Program-made: the position numbers and the translations under genes
The notes under the pieces: generated by a model
What the model was told of the DNA's origin: nothing
What the model saw: the letters and a program-made list of their open reading frames with translations, nothing else
Databases searched by the model: none
Origin: Cetorhinus maximus
Taxonomy: Eukaryota
Assembly (NCBI RefSeq): GCF_964194155.1
Contig: NC_135901.1
Coordinates: 28,024,001 to 28,088,000 of the forward strand
Length of the DNA: 64,000 bases
Direction: 5' to 3'
Part shown: positions 11,784 to 24,130 of the stretch, in pieces
Numbering within the stretch: position 1 is the first letter of the stretch
How the letters are laid out: each line of letters starts with the position of its first letter

Positions 11784-13610
11784 GATATGTGTATTTACAG
11801 TGGAAGATTTGCAGACATAAATCTCAAACCAAACGTCACATCAAGATCTGCCAAACTCATTTGATTAAATGGGACCTGAATATCATTGGTTCTTTGAACC
11901 AAGCAGGGGAAATGTTTGTCTGTTCTGTCTGCTTCAAAAGGTTTTAAGCCTCAGTGTGACTGGAAAAACACCGAGACACACATACCCAAGTGAGAGTGTT
12001 CCAGTGCACTGACTGTGGAAAGAGCTTTGACCGGTTACACAGCCTGAAAAAACATCACCATTCACAGCGAGGAGAGACTTATACATGTTCTGTGTGTGGA
12101 CAAGGCTTCAACTGATCGTCGGACCTGGAGAGACACAAGGGCACGAGCACCATGGATAAACCGTGGGAATGTGGGGACTGTGGGAAGGGATTCTGTTCCC
12201 CATCTCAGCTGGAAACTCATCGACGCAGTCACACCGGGGAGAGGCCGTTCATCTGTTCTGACTGTGGGAAGGGATTCACAGCCCCATATCAGCTGGAAAC
12301 TCATCGACGCAGTCACACTGGGGAGAGGCTGTTGACCTGCCCTGACTATGGGAAGAGTTTCACTCAGTTCTCCCGCCTGCAGAGGCACCAGTGAGTTCTC
12401 ACCGGGAAGTGGCCATTCACCTGCACTGAGTATGGCAAGATATTCAGACAGTTACCCAGCCTGCAGTCACACCATCGATTTCACACTGGGGAGAAGATGC
12501 CATTCCTCTGCTCTGTATGTGCAAAGGGATTCCCCCACTCATCCAGCCTGCTGACACACCAGCGAATTCACACTGGGGAGAGGCCATTCACCTACTCTGA
12601 ATGTGGGAAGGGATTCGGTAATTCATCTGACCTGCAGACACACAAAGGAGTTCACACTGGGGAGAGACCGTTCACCTGCTTTGAGTGCGGAAAAGGATTC
12701 AGTGATTCATTCAACCTGCTGCGACACCAGAGAATTCACATTGGGGAGAGGCCGTTCACCTGTTCCGAGTGTGGCAAGGGATTCACTCAATTATCCAATC
12801 TGCAATCACACCAGCGAGTTCACACCGGGGAGAGACCATTCACCTGCTTTGAATGTGGGAAGAGATTCAGTAATTCATCCGACCTGCAAAAACACAAACG
12901 AGTTCACACCAGGGAGAGGCAGTTCCGCTGCTCTGACTGTGGAAAGGGATTCAGCCATTCATTGAACCTGCTAACCCACCAGCGAGTTCACACCAGGGAG
13001 AGGCCGTTCACCTGCTCTGAATGTGGGAAGGGATTCACTCAGTTATCCAACCTGCTGACCCACCAGCGAGTTCACACCAGGGAGAGGCTGTTCACCTGCT
13101 CTGAGTGTGGGAAAGGATTCAGTGATTCATCCAACCTGCTGCGACATCAGCAAGTTAACACCGGGGAGAGGCCATTCACCTGCTCTGAGTGTGGGAAGAG
13201 ATCCAATCATTCATCCAGCCTGCAAAAACACCAGCGAGTTCACACTGGGCAGAGGCCATCCACCTGCTCCCTGTGTGGGAGGTGATTCACTCATTCATCC
13301 CACTAGCTAAGACACCAGCGAGTTCACAAGTGATTACAGGGGTTGGATTCTGCTGTTGTTGCTGCTGTTAATCACATCCAGGACTGAACCATGTTCATTG
13401 TGACACTTGGTGAAGTGGGAGGGTTGGAGGGTTCCTTCCTGCTGGACTGGCCGGTCTCATGACTTTGCTTCCAGTGGGCTGATGCTCTTTGAGCCTAGAA
13501 GTGCACATTTCCACTGAAATGATCCACAAAAGCTGATGAAGGACATTTATTTTGTTCTGGACAGTAAATAGTGTTTTTCCTACCACAACAGGTAGATCTG
13601 AAATAAATAC
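11784..13610 (+). pseudogene. C2H2 ZNF paralogue B exon 2 (about 14 finger repeats, disrupted)
   Basis: Acceptor tttacag at 11783; ATG at 12152; TGA at 12392-12394 and degenerate fingers; ORF 12497..13285 with about 9 fingers; family 3' UTR follows. Confidence 0.8.
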
Positions 13611-13614
13611 AGGA

Positions 13615-14215
13615 AGTTTAGGAAAACTCAGCAGGTCTGGCAACATCTGTGAAGAGAGAGAAACAGCTAACTTTTCGAGTCCAATATGACTCTTCTTCAG
13701 AACTAAGAAGAGGGGGAAATGTGATGGGGTTAATACTTTGGAGAAAGGGAGGAGGGTTAGATAGAACAAAAGGGAAAGTCAGGGATTGATTATAGGGCGG
13801 GCAAGATTAAATGACAAAAATATCATGGAACAAAAGGCAAAGGGAGAGGTAATGGTTGTGGTAAAGAAACAAAGCATTGGTCTAGAGTGAGTGTTAATGA
13901 CAGAATAAAAGACAGCTCTGTCTGAAAGCAAAAACATGAAAGCAAGATGCAGACTGGCACTTGGTAAAAAAGAATCAAAACATAGAACAGAGTTGACAGT
14001 CTGAAGTTGTTGAACTCAATGTTGAGTCCAGTAGGCTGTAAAATGCCTCATCGGACGATGAGGTGCTGTTCATCCAGCTTGTGTTGGGCTTCTCGGGAAC
14101 ATTGCAGCAGGCCGAGGACAGAAATGTGAGCATGAGAGCAAGGTGGTGAATTATAATGGCAGCAACTGGAAGGTCAGGGTCATGCTTGTGGACTGAGCGG
14201 AGGTGTTCCACAAAG
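13615..14215 (-). mobile_element. Penelope-like element 3' fragment
   Basis: EHLRSVHKHDPDLPVAA (GIY-YIG C-terminal part) and hammerhead core CTGAAGA-AGAGTC..GACTC-GAAA at 13668-13704. Confidence 0.75.
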
Positions 14216-14999
14216 AGGACAGCAAACAGGAGACAGATGAATTAAAGAGAAACCATTTGGGTCCAGAGCATTGTGCACATCCTTTTACTCAGGTTGTCTT
14301 TGATCCTCAAGTAATTTTCTGTTTTTAACCATGTTCTGTTTCATTAACAAACTTTTATCAGTAAAAATATTTGATTTTGCTGGACTTTTCATGATTACAT
14401 TACTGCGCTTTAGGGAAAGTGGGTGAGAGGGGTTGGCAGGCTCTTTTACAGAAAGTGAGTCCATCTAAGGTCATTAACAAAGGAGCCAGAAGGGGAGATG
14501 AGATTTTATTTTTTGATGCAGCAAGTTGTTCTGATTGGCCTGAAAGCAGATTCAATACTATCTTTCCAAAGGGTAAATATTTGAAAGGGAAGAATTTTCA
14601 GGGCTATGGGGAAAGAGCAGAGCAGTTGGATGAATCAGAGAGTCCTTTCAAAGAGATGGCAGGGGCACGATGGGCTGAATTGACTCCTGCTGCAGCCTGG
14701 GAATCTGAGCCTCCTGCTTTTGTGCAGGTTAAAAGGAACAGATTTCATTTCAGCCTCTACCCTGTATCTGTATTTAAAGAGACGGGTTTCTGTTCAGCTC
14801 TGAGTGACCCCGATATAACAATGTCTCCACTCCTCTGTATATTTAAACATGGAACAAAGCCTTGCATGGCTGATTATAGTCAACAGTCTTCCTGTAGCTC
14901 TCTCTGGACACAGCAAGAAAGTGTTTTACTGCTTAACAATAGCGGTGTCCCATAAAAATAATTCAAACACCACAACAAAAACAACCTACATTTACATAG

Positions 15000-15560
15000 C
15001 ACCTTTAAACATCCCAGAGAGATTCACAGGTGCGATAACCAAACAGAAGATGACACCGAGCCACATAAAAAGATATTAGCTCAGATGACAAGTCGTTTAG
15101 TCAGAGAGGCAGGTTTTAAGGAATGTCCTAAAGGTGCAAAAAAGATCGAGGGGCAGAGAGGTTCAGGGAGGGAATTACAGAGCGTGGGGCCCAGGCAGCT
15201 GAAGACACGGCCCCCAGTGGTTGTGCAGTTGAAACGGGGGATACTGAAGAGGCCAGAATTAGTTGTCCACAGATATCTCAGAGGGTTGTAGGGATGGAGA
15301 AGATTGCAGAGATGGGGAGAGTGTGCGTGACCACGCGGTGATATGAAAAAAAGGAGGCCGTGGAGGGATTTGAAAAGAATCAGCCTGAATTTAGCTCAAT
15401 CAACATCCCATTCACTTTTACAGAGGTAAATTGGGCACAAGGAGGAGAATTTTAAAATTGAGGCATTGCTTGAGTGGGAGCCAATGTTGGTAGTGAGCAC
15501 AGGGGGTGATAGGTGAACGGGACCGAGTGTGAGTTGGGAGACGGGCAGCAGAGTTTCTCT
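15000..15560 (-). mobile_element. L2/CR1-type LINE 3' fragment
   Basis: gggagggaattacagagc...ggcagctgaag motif, also present at 1725-1765. Family assigned from recall only. Confidence 0.45.
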
Positions 15561-16469
15561 ATTGAAGAAAACTGGTCCAGTTCTGTACATTTCCCATCAC
15601 ACTGCCTGTGTCTTGCTTCTGTATTTGATGGGCTCAGATTTCGCGTGAAGGGATCAGAACTGTATCAAAAGCTCAGACAGAGATAGACGAATAACCCAGA
15701 AAGAAATATCGGAGGCAAAAGATAACAGAGGGAGCAGTCGGCAAAATCTGTAAATAACAGAAAAGGAGCACGGGGGCAAATTGAGTCACCTCCAAATCTG
15801 GTTTAGAAAATCCTCTCAGGCGCCATCTTGGGAGCTCATTGACCTGAGGAGCCATCCTGGAAAAGATAAATTTTACCAGACTTAAACTTCCCTGCGGTGA
15901 GAAAGGCGTTCTGTGTTTGAAATCCCATCACTGTGTTTTCTATCGAACCCCTGGACACTGTCAGAGGCCCTCAGCTCCAGACTTGTGGGGCTTTGTAGAG
16001 ATCTCACACTGTGAACTCTTCAGGTGCACCTATGTGGACAAAGTGGGTATGTTGAAGCTGTGGAGCGGGTGAGATGAGCTGTTATCATCTGTCTCTCCTG
16101 CTCATCAGTCTCTTCAGGATGTTTCTCACCCTCTGGACCTTTCCCATGTACAAACGCTTCTTTAATATCTTCTCTCACCTGTAATCCCCTCAGCCCGTCC
16201 GATATTTATTCCAAAAGGGATTTATTCTCATGCCACACTCCCCAGGTTTTCCTGCCACCCTGCTTTCCATTCAGGAACTAACGTGTCAATCTCACACTCA
16301 CCTCCCCGCAAGTATTGAGGTGCCTGCCTGGTACACATGTGTGTGTGTGTGTGTGCGTGTGTGTGATCCGTGTTATCAGCAAACTAGACTCACACAATTA
16401 CTTCGCCTCAAGTACTTCAATGATTCTATATGGGCGGAAGAACAGAGAGATAATTGATAATAAAGGGTC

Positions 16470-17200
16470 CAATTCTAAAGCGAGTGCAGGAGCCGAGGGA
16501 GCTATGGGTATAGGTGCATAAATCACTCAAGATGACAGGACAGGTAGAGAGCATGGTTAATAAAGCAAAAGGGATGCTGGGGGTTTATAAACAGCGGCTT
16601 CGAATACAAAACCAGGGAAGTTATGAGAAACCTGTATAAAGTCGTGATTCGGCCTCCAGCATTGTGTCCAGTTCTAGGCGCCACAGATTAGGAAGGATGT
16701 GAAGGCTTTACAGAGGGTGTGGAAAAGATTCACGAGAATGGTCCCAGGGATGAGGAACTTCAGTGACGTGGATCGATTGGAGAAGCTGGGGCTGTTCTCC
16801 TTGGAGAAGAGAAAATTGGAAGGAGATTTGATCGAGGTATTAAAATCATGAGGGGTCTGGACAGAGCAGATAGAGAGAAACTGTTCCCATAGGTGGAAGG
16901 AGCAAGACCCGGGTGACATTGGTTTAAGATGATCAGAAAAAGAAGCAATGGCAACAGGAGGAGAAACTTTATTCCACAGCGAGTGGTTCAGATCCAGAAT
17001 ACAGTGTCTGAGGGGCTGGTGGAGGTAGATTCACTCATGGTTTTCAGCAGAGAATTGGATCATTATCTGAAGAGCAGAAATTGACAGGGTTATGGGGAAA
17101 AGGTGGGGAAGTGGCTCTGGGTAAGTTGCTCTTGCAGAGAGCTGGCACAGAAACAATGGGCTGAATGACCCTTTTTCAGTGTTGTAACCATTCCATGATT
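16470..17200 (+). mobile_element. CR1 LINE 3' fragment
   Basis: Colinear with 11000-11700 (RFTRMVPG, LEKLGLFSLE, DLIEV). Confidence 0.85.
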
Positions 17201-17239
17201 CTAGAACACCAGCTCGCTGATTCTATGCAACACGGCATG

Positions 17240-17700
17240 ACGGTGAGTAGCACTCTCGTCTCTGAGTCAGGAGGTGGGGGGTTTGAATCCCCACTCCAGA
17301 GACTCGAGCCCCCATAATCCAGGGGCTACATTCCCGGTGCCAGTACTGAGGGAGAACCGTCCTGTCAGAGGGACCATCTTTCGAGTGAAACATTAAACCG
17401 ATGGCCCTGTCTGTCCTCTCAGGTGGATGTACAAGACTGAATGTTCACAATTGTAAGGAGAGCAGGAGGAGAGGAGTTCACCCCCGGTGTCCTGGGGCCC
17501 GATATTTATCCCTCAACCAACATCAGTAAAAACAAATGATCTGGTCATCATCACATTGCTGTCTGTGGGATCTTGCTATGCACAAATTGGCTGCCAGTTT
17601 CTGACAGTGACTAAGCTTCAGAAAGATCTTCATCAACAGTGAAACGCATTGAGAAACCCTGAGGTGGTGAAAGGCACTATATAAATGCAGCTTTCTTTTT
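17240..17700 (+). mobile_element. tRNA-derived SINE with Deu-type core (other copies 18235-18435 -, 24150-24580 -, 37070-37310 +, 56850-57305 -)
   Basis: B-box-like ggtttgaatcc near 17280; core atcacattgctgtctgtgggatcttgc...aaattggctgcc; tail ggcactatataaatgc. Confidence 0.75.
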
Positions 17701-18968
17701 ATTCCGACACTGGAAGGAAAGGGATAAAATTCTGAAACGTAAAAAAGGGAATTCCAGACATTATTGACATCACTGTACATATTACAGACACATATTTATT
17801 TATCTGTGATCACAGAATCTCACAGCACAGAAGGAGGCTATTCGGTCCATCGTGCCTGTGCTGGCTCTTTGAAAGAGCGACTCAATTAGTCCCCTTATGC
17901 TGTCCTTTCCCAATGAGCCCTGCAAACTAGTCCCCTTCCAGTTTACTGTTAGACAAAGAGAACAAAATAAATCACTTTCAGTATATTGAGCAGCCCCGAT
18001 GTCTATTCTCAGCCAGCATTACACAGGGGGGGAAAGGGCTGGATTCTCAGACCAGCAAGTCCAGGCACCCTCTTTAAATGGCCACTTCCCACAATGGATT
18101 CAGTGGCCTCTGAAGGGAAGCAGCCTCGGTCCACACTGGGAGTTCCTGCCCCCACCCGTCAGCTGGCTCGTGCTGGCTCATGCTCCTGTTGGATGATCTG
18201 TCTGTAAGGATAGGAGCGTGTCAGTTTAAAATGAAACCTGCATTTATATAGCGCCTTTCATCACCTCAGGGCATCTCAATGCATTTCACTGCCAATGAAG
18301 CTCTTTCTGAAGTGTAGTCACTGCAGGAAATGTGGCAGCCAATTTGTGCACAGCAAGATCCCATAGTTGGCAATGTGATGATGACCATGTCACCTGTTTG
18401 TACTGATATTGATTCAGGGATAAATATTAGGCCACAGGACTAGTCCCCTTCAAGTATTTATTCAATTCCCTTTGTTGAATCTGCTTTCACCAGCCTTTCA
18501 GGCCGTGCATTCTGGATCACAACACCTCACTGTGTAAAGATTTATCTTCTTCATTTCCCCTCTGGTTTTTATGTCAATCACCTTCAATCTGTTTCCTCTG
18601 GTTAACAACCATTTTGTCAGTGGAAACAGTTTCTCTTTATTTACTCGATGCAAACCGTTCATGATCTTGATCACCTCTATCAAATCTCCTCTTAGCCTTC
18701 ACAGCTCTAAGGGGAAAAACTGCGGCCTCTCCAGTGTTTTCGCATCACTGAAGTTCCTCATTCCTGTCCACGTACTAAATCCCTGCACCCTTTCCAAGGC
18801 CTTGACATCCTTCCTGAATTATGGGGCCCGTATATGGGGTTCATTTCTTGAGAAATAGCATTGAAAAGCAGAGAGATTATGTTAAACTTGAATCAGGCCT
18901 TGGTTAGACCACACTTGGAATAGTGTGAGCAGTTCTGGGTCCCTATAATTGTAAAAGGGATAGAGAGG

Positions 18969-19904
18969 TGTAAGCTGATCTGGACTGTAGTTTGTAGATA
19001 ACTCAACCATCCTAAGGGAGATTTTACATGATATTCACTGTATTAAACTAACAGGGTCAAGATGGCATTTTATACTAACACTGGGCTAAAAAAGCCGTGT
19101 ATTCGGTATCATCCTTTACATGTAATTAATCAAGAATTACTGTGGAATTACTAACAAGCCAGAAACATACTGAAATAAGCAGTGAGACTCAATGTATAAT
19201 TGAAGAATAAGTAATTAATCAAGTAGTTGTTAAGACTTGACAGGATACTAATGTTTGAAGTTTAAAATATTAATTTGCTGCTGTAAACACTGTCCGTGGC
19301 AACAGAGATCACTCCACTACTGTCCATGGCCGTCTCGGGCACCTGTAAGAGAATGAATGGAGACTTGTCTAAACTCAGATAAAATAAAGATTCTGGACAG
19401 TCCCATTGTTCTGCTCCATGGAACAATGTACGGAAATGGTTAAATACAAGCAAATTAACCCAGTAACAACAATGACCAATTGTCTAATGAGGACAAACCT
19501 GATTCCAGATGAGGTGATGTTAATTCAAGGGTTAAAAGTTGCTTTTAAGAACCATCTTGGCCTTGCGAGTTGGACTCTAGCTGTGGACGAACTGAGTGAC
19601 CCCTGGGGCAGGATTGTGGGAAGTCGCTGTTGGTTCAGGAACCTGAGGAAGATTCACACTCCGACCTGGGGTGGGCACCCAATTGAGGTGGGGAAAGTCA
19701 CTCATGTATTTCATGAGTATACCTTTTTCTTTCAAATAAACATTGATATTATTTGTTATTTCAGAATCTGGTCTTGCCTGATGGTTAAGTCTCTTTCAAA
19801 TTAAAGCATTTGAGAGGGCCGATTTGAAATTTAGGGGTTCAATTTGGAACCTAGTAATTAGGTGCCTGTAACCAATTTTATTTACATAACCTTGAACATT
19901 GACA
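18969..19904 (+). mobile_element. Solo LTR inserted in a CR1 fragment
   Basis: TG...CA ends; flanks agagg/ggagg (5-bp target duplication, one mismatch); AATAAA near 19735; the CR1 sequence reads through when it is removed. Confidence 0.75.
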
Positions 19905-20259
19905 GGAGGCCTCGAGAAAGTGCAAGAAAGATTCACAAGGATGATACCACAACTGAGAGTGTTTCAGTTACACGATAGATTGAACAGGCTGGGAATATTT
20001 TCTCTAAAAAAGAGAAGGCTGAGGGCAGACCTGTTAGAGGAATTGAAGGTTGTGAATGGATGCGATCGGGTTGAAGTCATCAAGTAAACACTATCAGTGC
20101 AGGATAGAAATTGGGAACTGACTATTCTAGTTCTCATGAAACATGTTTCTCCCACTTAATCTATAAATCTCTGTCCCACGCAATCACCCACGTTCTTATT
20201 GATTGTAACAGTAACTTATCCAATGATTCTCCTCCAGCTTTTCCCCCAAGTTATCCTCC

Positions 20260-21210
20260 CCTGAAGCTACTGACTTTCGGGTTCAGTTTCACACTCACCT
20301 GTTGCCCTCCCCAATATGTCACCCAGGTGTCTAAGTCTTTACACCTTAAGTTAACAAACTGTTTTGCAAGGGTGGCGTCACAGTTAAATCCAGTGACAAC
20401 CCACATGTAATTTGTGTCAGGGTGGGGTCACTGCACCCCCCACCCTCACTTTTCACCTCAGTTCCGTGGGTTTGGAAACTGGGCTCCGGATGAGTAATGG
20501 CGGCCACAGCTCCCACAATAATCCGCGCTGGAGAAACCGCTCTATCCGCCGCGCTGTCGGGCGGCCCGGGACTGCACATGTCCGAGGAAGAGGGGAAGCA
20601 TGTGCTAGGGAGACGATGGACTGCGCATGTGAGCCTGCGGGTTTTTGGCATGAATGCGCATGTGCGGTGGTGAGGTGACCACAAATCCCGCGCTCTGATT
20701 GACCGGGAGATCATTGTCTATTCCATCTTCCAGCATTTCCCATTGGACAACAGCTCAGCGCAGCTGGCTAGCAAAATCTCTCCCACGTGGGGTTCCGCCT
20801 CTCATAGTCTTCAGGTGGGGAGTTGACCAATGGGAAGTCTGGAGAACCGGAAGAACGCTGGTCCTCCAGCCAATCAGAGCGCGGGCTTTGTGTGAATGAA
20901 GATTGAGTTTCACACAGACTAAAACTTCCTCCTGTGTCCAACATCTGTGAGTAAAACACTTTCTTTTCTCCCCCTTTCCATTTCTTTTCTCATTCTGGGG
21001 GGAAATTGTTGACTTGAAGAAAAAGGAAGTGAATCCAGGGAGGGAGCAGACTCTGGAAAGGTTGGCCCAGGTCTTTCTCTCTCTCTTAAAGATATTGACA
21101 TCCTTTGCTCCCTCAGCTTGACACTTTTATTTGTCTGGCTAAAAGGATGGTCTCTTTCCTCACGTTCACAATTAAAGGGGTGGTTTCCCCAGGAGATGGC
21201 TGACATTTAA
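20260..21210. promoter_or_regulatory. Bidirectional promoter core 3 (type C left, type A right)
   Basis: tgcgcatg NRF1-like sites, aatggcggc YY1-like site, several CCAAT boxes; donors near 20293 (-) and at 20947 (+). Confidence 0.7.
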
Positions 21211-21803
21211 GGGCACAGTAAATTAATATTGGACAGAGATATGTAGTGTATGTTATTTATGGTTCTTTAGTAACAGAGATAGAGTCATTACAGCACAGAA
21301 GGAGCTGACTAGCAATTCGAGTCCATGTTGACTCTCTACAGAGCAACCTAGTCAGTCCCATCCCCCCTCTATATCCCCCATCCCCTGCAAGTTTATTTCC
21401 TTCAAGTGCCCATCCAATTTCAATTTAAAATCATGAATCGCCTCCACTTCCACCACCCTCGTAGGAAGCAAGTTCCTGATCATGAAAAATCACTGCCTAA
21501 AAAAAATCTTCTTCAGATTTTCCCGATATCTCTGATCAGGAAATATGCTTATATGATGATTTTCACATCATGAACAGGAAGCAATGAATTTGCATCTGTC
21601 GATCAGCATGAATCAGCCCCTTCAGGAGAATTGGGAGGGTGTTAATTAGGTACAGCAGAGTGAGAATGGAGGAAGAGTGTGTGGGACGGAGGTTTAAACA
21701 TGTTGGGAACAAGTGAGGGATGAATGTTCCATAGAAACTGGAATTGTTTGATCTGGATTTCTATCCTGTCCTGACAGATGATTTTTGTAAACACTTTTTA
21801 CAG

Positions 21804-23120
<1,317 letters not shown>

Positions 23121-23354
23121 CTCTGTTCCATTAAGTCTCGAGGCTGGAGTGCGGATTTATGAGAATGACACGAGTCATCAGTCAAATGGTGCATTCTCCA
23201 TGGCAATGCATCCACCAATTACAGCCCATTTGCCAACCAATCAGCACTCTCCTCTCATGAAGTATAAATTATTGTTCCCTTTACATTTGGTTTTCTTGCA
23301 AATGTTCTGGTGAGTGCAAGATGAAAAACTTCGACATCTCTTGTTTCCGCACTT

Positions 23355-24130
23355 ACTGTTTAATTAACAAACAGTAACAAAGGATTAAATAAGTAGTGAG
23401 CCTTAATTGAGTTACAGTTAATGAATCAATAATGAATCAGTAGTTATAGTAAAAGACTGAGCTTTATTTGCTGTAAAAATGTAAAAGCTTAATTGCTGCA
23501 CATGTAAAGAATGTGCAATGAAGATAAATGTATTGGCAAGAGAGACCTTCAAGCTCTGATTAGCCTCAACATTTGAAACTGTATGAATAAGGGATGGTAT
23601 AGAATTAGATAAAGGGATATTATTCTTTTCCTGTCTCAGATAATGAGAGAAGGTGGTGAAATTAATTGGGCATCCAATTAATTAATCTAGTAACCAAATT
23701 GTCATGTTACAACAGGCCCAACTCTGACATGAGGTAATGGTCACTTTGGGGATAAAAGTAGAGGTTCTGAAGGTCTCCCTTGCTAGCCAAGTACTAAAGA
23801 CTCCCGAGGCCGAGTTCCAAGGAAATTACTGTCAGAGAAGGAGCCAGACTCCTGAGGGTGAATTCCACAAGAATTACTGTCAAAGAAGGAGACAGAGAGG
23901 GTTACGCTTCTTCAGACAGATAACCCACATGAAGTTGTAAAAGTCAATGTCTTAAAGTTGTTAAGTGCACATTTTTACTTTAATAAACTTCTTTCAAAAG
24001 TTACTATCCAGAGAATTCTGCCTTTGCCTTAATTGGGTAAAGTCTTGTCTGAAGCAAAGTGAATTTATTAAATGGCAAGTTGGGGGCGGCTGAAATCAAT
24101 TAAGTTACAGATAACAAGATCAGGTAACAT
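23355..24130 (+). mobile_element. LTR-like element with an internal 48-bp duplication (copies 56038-56835 and partial 37320-37555 -)
   Basis: Starts tgtt, ends taaca, AATAAA near 23982; shares short motifs with the solo LTR at 18969. Confidence 0.45.

Noticed and set aside
17245-17300. tRNA gene (also near 860-910 and 37075-37140)
   Set aside because: A/B-box heads run into SINE bodies and no full cloverleaf is evident.
23737-23940. Duplicated small ORF MVTLGIKVEV... with a 16-aa repeat (also 56445-56645)
   Set aside because: It lies within a co-duplicated LTR-like element, and the repeat reflects a 48-bp DNA duplication; no coding evidence.
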